Assembly: GCF_046119375.1 (NCBI RefSeq) | Contig: NW_027362769.1 | Coordinates: forward strand, 414,718,001 to 414,782,000 | Origin: Phyllobates terribilis | Lineage: Eukaryota | Reading direction: 5' to 3' | DNA: 64,000 nt | Shown here: positions 47,162 through 58,062 of the stretch, piece by piece | Layout of the letters: each line of letters begins with the position of its first letter | How positions within the stretch are numbered: position 1 is the stretch's first letter | Notes under the pieces: generated by a model | Database searches by the model: none | Told to the model about the DNA's origin: nothing | What the model saw: the letters and a program-made list of their open reading frames with translations, nothing else | Program-made: the position numbers and the translations under genes

Positions 47162-49067
47162 AGACTAGTGTGAGCAGGTGAAAGATGAGACGACGAGTCA
47201 GACTAGTGTGAGCAGGTGAGAGATGAGACGACGAGTCAGACTAGTGTGAGGAGGTGAGAGATGGGACGACGAGTCAGACTAGTGTGAGCAGTGAAAGATG
47301 AGACGACGAGTCAGACTAGTGTGAGGAGGTGAGAGATGGGACGACGAGTCAGACTAGTGTGAGCAGTGAAAGATGAGACGACGAGTCAGACTAGTGTGAG
47401 CAGTGAAAGATAAGACGACGAGTCAGACTAGTGTGAGCAGGTGAAAGATGAGACGACGAGTCAGACTAGTGTGAGGAGGTGAAGGATGGGACGAGTCAGA
47501 CTAGTGTGAGGAGGTGAGAGATGGGACGACGAGTCAGACTAGTGTGAGGAGGTGAGAGATGGGACGACGAGTCAGACTAGTGTGAGCAGTGAAAGATGAG
47601 ACGACGAGTCAGACTAGTGTGAGCAGTGAAAGATGAGACGACGAGTCAGACTAGTGTGAGCAGGTGAGAGATGAGACGACGAGTCAGACTAGTGTGAGCA
47701 GGTGAAAGATGGGATGACGAGTCAGACTAGTGTGAGCAGGTGAAAGATGGGATGACGAGTCAGACTAGTGTGAGCAGGTGAGAGATGAGACGACGAGTCA
47801 GACTAGTGTGAGCAGGTGAGAGATGGGACGACGAGTCAGACTAGTGTGAGCAGGTGAGAGATGGGACGACGAGTCAGACTAGCGTGAGCAGGTGAGAGAT
47901 GGGACGACGAGTCAGACTAGCGTGAGCAGGTGAGAGATGGGACGACGAGTCAGACTAGTGTGAGCAGGTGAGAGATGGGACGACGAGTCAGACTAGCGTG
48001 AGCAGGTGAGAGATGGGACGACGAGTCAGACTAGCGTGAGCAGGTGAGAGATGGGACGACGAGTCAGACTAGCGTGAGCAGGTGAGAGATGGGACGACGA
48101 GTCAGACTAGTGTGAGCAGGTGAAAGATGGGACGACGAGTCAGACTAGTGTGAGCAGGTGAGAGATGGGACGACGAGTCAGACTAGTGTGAGCAGGTGAA
48201 AGATGGGACGACGAGTCAGACTAGTGTGAGCAGGTGAAAGATGGGACGACGAGTCAGACTAGTGTGAGCAGGTGAGAGATGGGACGACGAGTCAGACTAG
48301 TGTGAGCAGGTGAGAGATGAGACGACGAGTCAGACTAGTGTGAGCAGGTGAAAGATGGGACGAGTCAGACTAGTGTGAGCAGGTGAGAGATGGGACGACG
48401 AGTCAGACTAGCGTGAGCAGGTGAGAGATGGGACGACGAGTCAGACTAGTGAGCAGGTGAGAGATGAGACGACGAGTCAGTCTAGTGTGAGCAGGTGAGA
48501 GATGGGACGACGAGTCAGACTAGTGTGAGCAGGTGAAAGATGGGACGACGAGTCAGACTAGTGTGAGCAGGTGAGAGATGGGACGACGAGTCAGAGTAGT
48601 GTGAGCAGGTGAGAGATGGGACGACGAGTCAGACTAGTGTGAGCAGGTGAGAGATGGGACGACGAGTCAGACTAGTGTGAGCAGGTGAAAGATGGGACGA
48701 CGAGTCAGACTAGTGTGAGCAGGTGAAAGATGGGACGACGAGTCAGACTAGTGTGAGCAGGTGAGAGATGGGACGACGAGTCAGACTAGTGTGAGCAGGT
48801 GAAAGATGGGACGACGAGTCAGACTAGTGTGAGCAGGTGAAAGATGGGACGACGAGTCAGACTAGTGTGAGCAGGTGAGAGATGAGACGACGAGTCAGAC
48901 TAGTGTGAGCAGGTGAGAGATGGGACGACGAGTCAGACTAGTGTGAGCAGGTGAGAGATGGGACGACGAGTCAGTCTAGTGTGAGCAGGTGAGAGATGAG
49001 ACGACGAGTCAGTCTAGTGTGAGCAGGTGAGAGATGGGACAACGAGTCAGACTAGTGTGAGCAGGTG
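47162..49067. repeat. 38-bp tandem repeat (~50 copies)
   Basis: Unit AGACTAGTGTGAGCAGGTGARAGATGRGACGACGAGTC. Confidence 0.97.
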
Positions 49068-49269
49068 TGCGAAGTGCCTTCTTTTTACTATAATTTTTCT
49101 ATAGGAATATTACATATTTTATATGGCAGTAAGTAATACCGTTCTAATTTTCTCCATTTATTCTTAGTATTTCAGAGTGCTGCTATATTTTCTCTTCGAC
49201 TTGTTTTCTCTAGCTCCTGTACACTCTGGTTTGGATGTGCTGGTCGGTTTTTCTGTTTGTCCCACACAC

Positions 49270-50505
49270 AGTATGACGGTCCCTCTTCACCGGCACGCAC
49301 AGTGGGACGGTCCCGCTGCAGTTGGATGCGCCCGATGCACTGGCATGCGCAGTGGGACGGTCCCGCCGCACCGGCACGCACAGTGGGCCGCGCCCGCCGC
49401 ATCGGCACGCGCAGTGGGACGGTCCCGCCGCACCGGCACGCACAGTGGGCCGCGCCCGACGCATCGGCACGCGCAGTGAGACGCGCCCGACGCACCGGCA
49501 CGCACAGTGGGCCGCACCCGCCGCATCGGCACGCGCAGTGGGACGGTCCCGCCGCACCGGCACGCACAGTGGGCCACGCCCACCGCATCGGCACGCGCAG
49601 TGGGACGCTCCTGACGCACCGGCACGCGCAGTGGGACGCTCCTGACGCACCGGCACGCGCAGTGGGACGCTCCTGACGCATCGACACGCGCAGTGGGACG
49701 CTCCTGACGCACCGGCACGCGCAGTGGGACGCTCCTGACGCAGTGGGACGCGCCCGCCGCATCGGCACGCACAGTGGGACGGTCCCGCCGCACCGGCACG
49801 CACAGTGGGACGGTCCCGCCGCACCGGCACACACAGTGGGACGGTCCCGCCGCACCGGCACACACAGTGGGACGGTCCCGCCGCACCGGCACACACAGTG
49901 GGACGGTCCCGCCGCACCGGCACACACAGTGGGACGGTCCCGCCGCACTGGCATGCGCAGTGGGACGGTCTCGCCGCACCGGCATGCACAGTGGGCCGCG
50001 CCCGCCGCACCGGCACGCGCAGTGGGACGGTCCCGCCGCACCGGCACGCACAGTGGGCCGCGCCCGCCGCATCGGCACGCGCAGTGGGCCGCGCCCGACG
50101 CACCGGCACGCGCAGTGGGACGCTCCTGACGCACTGGCACGCGCAGTGGGACGCTCCTGACGCATCGACACGCGCAGTGGGACGCTCCTGACGCACCGGC
50201 ACGCGCAGTGGGACGCTCCTGACGCATCGACACGCGCAGTGGGACGCTCCTGACGCATCGACACGCGCAGTGGGACGCTCCTGACGCACCGGCACGCGCA
50301 GTGGGACGCTCCTGACGCAGTGGGACGCGCCCACCGCACCGGCACGCACAGTGGGACGCGCCCGACGCATCGGCACGCGCAGTGGGACGCGCCCGACGCA
50401 TCGGCACGCGCAGTGGGACGCTCCCGACGCACCGGCATGCACAGTGGGACCCGCCTGCTGCAGTTGGATGCGCCCGATGCACCAGCACGCACAGTGGCAG
50501 GCGCC
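49270..50505. repeat. 31-bp CpG-rich tandem repeat (~40 copies)
   Basis: Unit GCAGTGGGACGGTCCCGCCGCACCGGCACGC with an internal GGGAC-G-GTCCC palindrome; variant GGGACGCTCCTGACG. Confidence 0.93.
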
Positions 50506-50596
50506 CGCCGCGTTTTGAAGAAACTATTAATCACCATGTAAGTACTGGATAAGAATACAGTAGTTTCCAAAGGCAGCACGGGTCTGTAACAAGTCA

Positions 50597-52280
50597 TGCC
50601 AGACTAATCTAAACCCCACATACACATATTTGGTATCGCCGCGTTCAGAATCGCCCGATTTATCAATATAGAAAAAGAATTAATCCGATCGGTAAACGAC
50701 GTAACGAGAAAAAAATTCCAAACGCCAGAATTACGTTTTTTGGTCACCACAACATAAACGCAAAAAAATGCAATAACCGGCGATCAAAACATCGGATCTA
50801 CCCCAAAATGGTATCCAGAAAAAAATAAGCCCTCACCCGGCCCCAGATCCTGAAAAATGGAGACGCTACGGGTCTCGGAAAATGCCGCCATTTTTTATTT
50901 ATTTATTTTTAGCAAACTTTGGATTTTTTTTTCACCACTTAAATAAAAAATAACCTGTACATGTTTGGTGTCTACGAACTTGTAATGACCTGGAGAATAA
51001 TAATGGCAGCTCAGTTTTAGCATTCAGAGAATGTGGTAAAAAAAAACAACTGTGGTACTGCACTTTTTTTGCAATTTCACCGCACTTGGAATTTTTTTCC
51101 CGTTTTCCAGCACACGATATGGTAAAACTAGTAATGACGTTCAAAGGTACAACTCGTCCCGCAAAAAATAAGACCTCACACGGTCATATCGACCAAAAAC
51201 TAAAAAAGTTATAGCTCTCGGAAGAAGGCGAGCAAAAAACGAAAATGCAAAAATGGAAAATGCTCCGGTCATGAAGTGGTTAACCCCTTTACCCCCGAGG
51301 GTGGTTTGCACATTAATGACCGGGCCAATTTTTACAATTCTGACCACTGTCACTTTATGAGGTAATTACTCTGGAGCTTCACCGGATCCCCCTGATTCTG
51401 AGACTGTTTTTTGTGACATATTGTACTTCATGATTGTACATTTCTTCGATATCACTTGTGTTTATTTGTGAAAAAAAACGGAAATTTGGCGAAAATTGTG
51501 AAAATTTTGCAATTTTCAAACTTTGAATTTTTAAGCCCTGAAATCAGAGCGATATGTCACACAAAAGAGTTAATAAATATCATTTCCCACATGTCTACTT
51601 TACATCAGCACAATTTTGGAACCAAAATTTTTTTTTGTTAGGGAGCTATAAGGGTTAAAAGTTGACCAGCGATTTCTCATTTTTACAACAACATTTACAA
51701 AACCATTTTTTTAGGGACCAAATCACATTTGAAGTCACTTTGAGGGGTCTTTATGACAGAAAATACCCAAAAGTGACACCATTCTAAAAACTGCACCCCT
51801 CAAGGTGCTCAAAACCACATTCAAGAACTTTATTAACCCTTCAGGTGCTTCACAGGAATTTTTGGAATGTGGAAGAAAAAAAATGAACATTTAATAACTT
51901 TTTCCACAAAAATATTACTTTAGACCCCAATTTTTTTTATTTTCGCAATGCTATTTGGAAAAAATGGACCCCAAAATTTGTTGTGCAATTCCTCCTGAGT
52001 AAACCAATACCCCATATGTGGGGGAAAACCACTGTTTCGGCGCACGGCAGGGCTCGAGAGGGAAGGAGCGCCATTAGACTTTTTGAATGTAAAATTTGCT
52101 TGAATAATTAGCGGACGCCATGTTGCATTTGGAGAGCCCCTGATGCGCCTAAACAGTGGAAACCCCCCACAAGTGACACCATTTTGGAAACTAGACCCCT
52201 CAAGGATTTTATCAAGGGCTATAATGAACATTTTGAACCCAGAGGTACGACAAAGAATTTGATAACATTAGGTCATCATA
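50597..52280. mobile_element. AT-rich non-autonomous DNA-transposon fragments, probably TTAA-target (piggyBac-like); two elements abut at TTAA 51280-51283
   Basis: ...GTCATGAAGTGG|TTAA|CCCCTTTACCCCC: a right-end-like and a left-end-like terminus share one TTAA; no ORF. Family assignment is from recalled resemblance to common frog repeats; outer boundaries approximate. Confidence 0.5.
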
Positions 52281-52304
52281 TTGAATGAGTTGTCATTGAG
52301 CGCA

Positions 52305-52574
52305 AGTGCTCGCTACTTGAGTTTGCATCGGGTACTCAGGTATGGACCATGTATCACGGGTGCTCAAGTGACATGCTCGAGTCCCCTCCCGGATGTTTCA
52401 CTTTTATTAGACACCCAAAAAAACAAGCGAGGGTCGCTCGTGCATGGCAGGCAATCCCCGCCAGTTTTATTTGGCCACGAAGCATATGGGGCAGAGACTC
52501 GAGCATGTCACTCAAAGACCCACGATACTCAATGCATACCCGAGCACCCGATGCAAACTCAAGTAGCGAGCACT
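52305..52574. mobile_element. MITE with long terminal inverted repeats
   Basis: Left AGTGCTCGCTACTTGAGTTTGCATCGGGTACTCAGGTATG is the near reverse complement of right CATACCCGAGCACCCGATGCAAACTCAAGTAGCGAGCACT; inner arms GTGACATGCTCGAGTC / GACTCGAGCATGTCAC also pair. Confidence 0.85.
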
Positions 52575-52646
52575 CAACACTGGTCGCCATATCATCATCA
52601 ATTTATTTTTTCTTTACTTTTGAAAAAAATCCCATCACAACCCCAA

Positions 52647-52713
52647 CCCTAACCCTAACCCTAACCCTAACCCTAACCCTAGCCCTTCCCTAACCCTAGC
52701 ACAACCCTAACCC
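52647..52713. repeat. Short interstitial telomere-like (CCCTAA)n tract
   Basis: Five perfect CCCTAA at 52647-52676 followed by degenerate copies. Confidence 0.8.
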
Positions 52714-53324
52714 GAGAGTTTATTTTTTACGCCGTTCCTCGTGCTGTATAAGTGATTAGACGACCTTATTCTTCGGTTCGGTGCGATTACAGCAATGCCA
52801 GAATCATATGGGGTTTTTATGACTGACAGCTGTCACACACTAAGAGATGCTTTTTTTTTTGATGAGACTAGTTTTTGCATCGCCATATTTTGAGAGCTAT
52901 AATTTTTCCATATTTTGGCCGACAGTCATGTGACGGCTCGTTTTTTGCGGGATGAGTTGACGTTGTTATTGGTGCCATTTTCAGGCACGTGACATTTTTT
53001 GATCGCTTCATATTCCAATTTTTGAGAGGCAGAATAAACAAAAACCAACAATTCAGGAATTCTTTTTTATTCTGTTCCGCGTGTGGTAAAATTGATGAGG
53101 CAGCTTTATTCTTCGGATCAGTACGACTACAGCGGTACTTGATGTGACATCAGCGGATATCAGAGCCGGCTGCAGCCGGGGCCACATGGTGCCCAGTGTT
53201 CGATCAGCGATAGCGCCGCTCACAGCCACAAATGGCAATGGAAGTTATTTACAAAAGCATTTCTTTCCCCTGTTTAAATGAATGGGGACATTATTTATTG
53301 TAGTGGACGACCTCTTTAAAAGGG

Positions 53325-53575
53325 AGAAACGCAAGATTCTACATCTGGGCAAGAAAAACGAAATACAACTAAGCAACAGCACATGTGAAAAAGACTTGTG
53401 TATACTAATAGATCATAGACTGAACAGGAGTCAACAGTGTGATGCAGCAGCAAAAAAGGCAAATACAATTCTGGGATGTAGTAACAGAAGCATACAGTCT
53501 AGATCACGTGAAGTAATTATCCCCTCTACTCCTCCTTGGTCAGACCTCATCTGGATACTGTGTCCAGTTCTGGGA
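53325..53575 (+). mobile_element. CR1 LINE ORF2 fragment that seeds the 99-bp satellite
   Basis: KILHLGKKN...CEKDLCILIDHRLNRSQQCDAAAKKANTILGCSNRSIQSRSREVIIP(LYSSLVRPHL) is typical CR1 RT C-terminal sequence. Confidence 0.88.
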
Positions 53576-56500
53576 GGTATTAGGAGAAGCATAGAGTCTA
53601 GATCACATGAAGTAATTATCCCCTCTACTCCTCCTTGGTCAGATCTCATCTGGATACTGTGTCCAGTTCTGGGAGGTATTAGGAGAAGCATAGACTCTAG
53701 ATCACGTGAAGTCATTATCCCCCTCTACTCCTCCTTGGTCAGACCTCATCTGGATACTGTGTCCAGTTCTGGGAGGTATTAGGAGAAGCATAGAGTCTAG
53801 ATCATGTGAAGTAATTATCCCTCTACTCCTCCTTGGTCAGACCTCATCTGGATACTGTGCCCAGTTCTGGGAGGTATTAGGAGAAGCATAGAGTCTAGAT
53901 CACGTGAAGTAATTATCTCCCTCTACTCCTCCTTGGTCAGACCTCATCTGGATACTGTGTCCAGTTCTAGGAGGTATTAGGAGAAGCATAGAGTCTAGAT
54001 CATGTGAAGTAATTATCCCTCTACTCCTCCTTGGTCAGACCTCATCTGGATACTGTGCCCAGTTCTGGGAGGTATTAGGAGAAGCATAGAGTCTAGATCA
54101 CGTGAAGTAATTATCCCCTCTACTCCTCCTTGGTCAGACCTCATCTGGATACTGTGTCCAGTACTGGGAGGTATTAGGAGAAGCATAGAGTCTAGATCAC
54201 GTGAAGTAATTATCCCCCTCTACTCCTCCTTGGTCAGACCTCATCTGGATACTGTGCCCAGTTCTGGGAGGTATTAGGAGAAGCATAGAGTCTAGATCAC
54301 GTGAAGTAATTATCCCCCTCTACTCCTCCTTGGTCAGACCTCATCTGGATACTGTGTCCAGTTCTGGGAGGTATTAGGAGAAGCACAGAGTCTAGATCAC
54401 GTGAAGTAATTATCCTCCTCTACTCCTCCTTGGTCAGACCTCCTCTGGATACTGTGTCCAGTTCTGGGAGGTATTAGGAGAAGCACAGAGTCTAGATCAC
54501 ATGAAGTAATTATCCCCTCTACTCCGCCTTGGTCAGACCTCATCTGGATACTGTGTCCAGTTCTGGGAGGTATTAGGAGAAGCACAGAGTCTAGATCACG
54601 TGAAGTAATTATCTCCCTCTACTCCTCCTTGGTCAGACCTCATCTGTATACTGTGTCCAGTTCTGGGAGGTATTAGGAGAAGCACAGAGTCTAGATCACA
54701 TGAAGTAATTATCCCCTCTACTCCGCCTTGGTCAGACCTCATCTGGATACTGTGTCCAGTTCTGGGAGGTATTAGGAGAAGCATAGAGTCTAGATCACGT
54801 GAAGTCATTATCCCCCTCTACTCCTCCTTGGTCAGACCTCATCTGGATACTGTGTCCAGTTCTGGGAGGTATTAGGAGAAGCATAGAGTCTAGATCACGT
54901 GAAGTAATTATCCCTTCTACTCCTCCTTGGTCAGACCTCATCTGGATACTGTGTCCAGTTCTGGGAGGTATTAGGAGAAGCATAGAGTCTACATCACGTG
55001 AAGTAATTACCCCCATCTACTCCTCCTTGGTCAGATCTCATCTGGATACTGTGTCCAGTTCTGGGAGGTATTAGGAGAAGCACAGAGTCTAGATCACGTG
55101 AAGTAATTATCCTCCTCTACTCCTCCTTGGTCAGACCTCATCTGGATACTGTGTCCAGTTCTGGGAGGTATCAGGAGAAGCATAGAGTCTAGATCACGTG
55201 AAGTAATTATCCCTCTACTCCTTGGTCAGACCTCATCTGGATACTGTGTCCAGTTCTGGGAGGTATTAGGAGAAGCATAGAGTCTAGATCACGTGAAGTA
55301 ATTATCCCCTCTACTCCTCCTTGGTCAGACCTAATCTGGATACTGTGTCCAGTTCTGGGAGGTATTAGGAGAAGCATAGAGTCTAGATCATGTGAAGTCA
55401 TTATCCCCCTCTACTCCTCCTTGGTCAGACCTCATCTGGATACTGTGTCCAGTTCTGGGAGGTATTAGGAGAAGCATAGAGTCTAGATCACGTGAAGTCA
55501 TTATCCCCTCTACTCCTCCTTGGTCAGACCTCATCTGGATACTGTGTCCAGTTCTGGGAGGTATTAGGAGAAGCACAGAGTCTAGATCACGTGAAGTAAT
55601 TATCCTCCTCTACTCCTCCTTGGTCAGACCTCATCTGGATACTGTGTCCAGTTCTGGGAGGTATCAGGAGAAGCATAGAGTCTAGATCACGTGAAGTAAT
55701 TATCCCCCTCTACTCCTCCTTGGTCAGACCTCATCTGGATACTGTGTCCAGTTCTGGGAGGTATTAGGAGAAGCATAGAGTCTAGATCACTTGAAGTCAT
55801 TATCCCCCTCTACTCCTCTTTGGTCAGACCTCATCTGGATACTGTGTCCAGTTCTGGGAGGTATTAGGAGAAGCATAGAGTCTAGATCACGTGAAGTAAT
55901 TATCTCCCTCTACTCCTCCTTGATCAGACCTCATCTGGATACTGTGTCCAGTTCTGAGAGGTATTAGTAGAAGCATAGAGTCTAGATCACATGAAGTAAT
56001 TATCCCCTCTACTCCTCCTTGGTCAGACCTCATCTGGATACTGTGTCCAGTTCTGGGAGGTATTAGGAGAAGCATAGAGTCTAGATCACGTGAAGTCATT
56101 ATCGCACTTTACTCCTCTTTGGTCAGACCTCATCTGGATACTGTGTCCAGTTCTGGGAGGTATTAGGAGAAGCATAGAGTCTAGATCACGTGAAGTCATT
56201 ATCCCCCTCTACTCCTCCTTGGTCAGACCTCATCTGGATACTGTGTCCAGTTCTGGGAGGTATTAGGAGAAGAACAGAGTCTAGATCACGTGAAGTAATT
56301 ATCCTCCTCTACTCCTCCTTGGTCAGACCTCATCTGGATACTGTGTCCAGTTCTGGGAGGTATCAGGAGAAGCATAGAGTCTAGATCACGTGAAGTAATT
56401 ATCCCCCTCTACTCCTCCTTGGTCAGATCTCATCTGGATACTGTGTCCAGTTCTGGGAGGTATTAGGAGAAGCATAGAGTGTAGATCACGTGAAGTCATT

Positions 56501-56961
56501 ATCCCCTCTACTCCTCCTTGGTCAGGCCTCATCTGGATACTGTGTCCAGTTCTGGGAGGTATTAGGAGAAGCATAGAGTCTAGATCACGTGAAGTAATTA
56601 TCTCCCTCTACTCCTCCTTGGTCAGACCTCATCTGTATACTGTGTCCAGTTCTGGGAGGTATTAGGAGAAGCACAGAGTCTAGATCACATGAAGTAATTA
56701 TCCCCTCTACTCCTCCTTGGTCAGACCTCATCTGGATACTGTGTCCAGTTCTGGGAGGTATTAGGAGAAGCATAGAGTCTAGATCACGTGAAGTAATTAT
56801 CCCCCTCTACTCCTTCTTGGTCGGACCTCATCTGGATACTGTGTCCAGTTCTGGGAGGTATTAGGAGAAGCATAGAGTCTAGATCACGTGAAGTAATTAT
56901 CTCCCTCTACTCCTCCTTGGTCAGACCTCATCTGGATACTGTGTCCAGTTCTGAGAGGTAT
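53469..56961. repeat. 99-bp CR1-derived satellite, left block (~35 copies)
   Basis: Unit AGAGTCTAGATCACGTGAAGTAATTATCCCCTCTACTCCTCCTTGGTCAGACCTCATCTGGATACTGTGTCCAGTTCTGGGAGGTATTAGGAGAAGCAT, with small indel variants. Confidence 0.97.
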
Positions 56962-58033
56962 TGTAACGGGTCTGGGAGGCGGAACCTCTGAGCTACTATA
57001 CAAGGGGGCAGTCCTTGTAAGGGAGCGGGTGGCGACCAGGCAGGCAGTCACAGCAGGTGACCGGGACAGTCTCTGGAAGAACGGGCAGGAGATCACGGCA
57101 AGTGACTGGGGCAGTCTCTGGGTGAACGGGCAGGTGGTCACGGCAAGTGACCGGGGCAGTCTCTAGGTAAAGGGTTGGTACGACCTGTGGCGGCTGATGG
57201 TAGACTTGAGCTCCCAGGTGAGCAGGCGAGAGTCTCTGGATAAACGGGTGGTCACAGCATGTGACGGCGGAGCCTCCAGGAAGACCAACAGACAGGCGGC
57301 AGATGAGCGCTCCCAGGAGAGCGGGCAGAAGTCTCTGGACAGGCGGGTGGTCACAGCACGTGACGGCAGAGCCTCCAGGTAGGCTAGCAGACAGGCAGCA
57401 GATGAGCGCTCCCAGGTGAGCGAGCAGGAGTCACTGGACAGGCAGGTGGTCACAGCATGTGACGGCGGAGCCTCCAGGTAGACTAGCAGGCAGGTAGCAG
57501 GTGAGCGCTCCCAGGTAAGCGGGCAAGCTGGTCCATAGACAGACTGACGGGAGTAGGAAGGCAGACCGTCGGACCTCAGGCAAGCAGGCAGGTGGCTGGT
57601 GTGCGCTCCCAGGTGAGCGGGCAGGCTGGTCCTTAGACAGACTGACAGGAGTAGCAAGGCAGACCGTCGGACCTCAGACTAGCAGGCAGGTAGCAGATAA
57701 TCAGGCAGGAATCTGGCAGGTATCTGGCAGGTAACTGGCAACGGGACCTGAGGGCTAAAGCAGAGTAGTGAACAGTGCAACAACATTGCTCGGGCACCTC
57801 CATTTTGGAGGAGGTGCCTTATATATGGTAAAGTCCTCCGGCCATTGGCCGGGGACTCCTTAGGACGGCGCGCGCGGCCCCTTTAAGAGGGAGGGAGGGC
57901 GCGCGCCCTAAGCACAGTGGCCGGGAAGGAGCGCGCGCTGCCAGCAGAGCGGGAGAGGGACGCCGGGCACGGAGCAGAGCGGTGAGGGGAACAGCGTCCC
58001 TGCCTAGCAGAGGGCAGGGACGCCGGCACTACA
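56962..58033 (-). repeat. 3' LTR (1072 bp)
   Basis: TGTAACGGG...GGCACTACA; matches 62252-63175 apart from three indels and a few substitutions. Confidence 0.95.
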
Positions 58034-58062
58034 GTACCCCCCCCCCCCCTTTAGGCCCCCCC
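58034..58062 (-). other. Polypurine tract
   Basis: Minus strand GGGGGGGGCCTAAGGGGGGGGGGGGGTAC immediately precedes the 3' LTR. Confidence 0.85.

Noticed and set aside
47162-49067. 38-bp (and 55-/99-bp) arrays as CRISPR or hammerhead-ribozyme arrays
   Set aside because: No unique spacers, no cas genes and a vertebrate context; no CTGANGA hammerhead core seen in the 38-bp unit on either strand.
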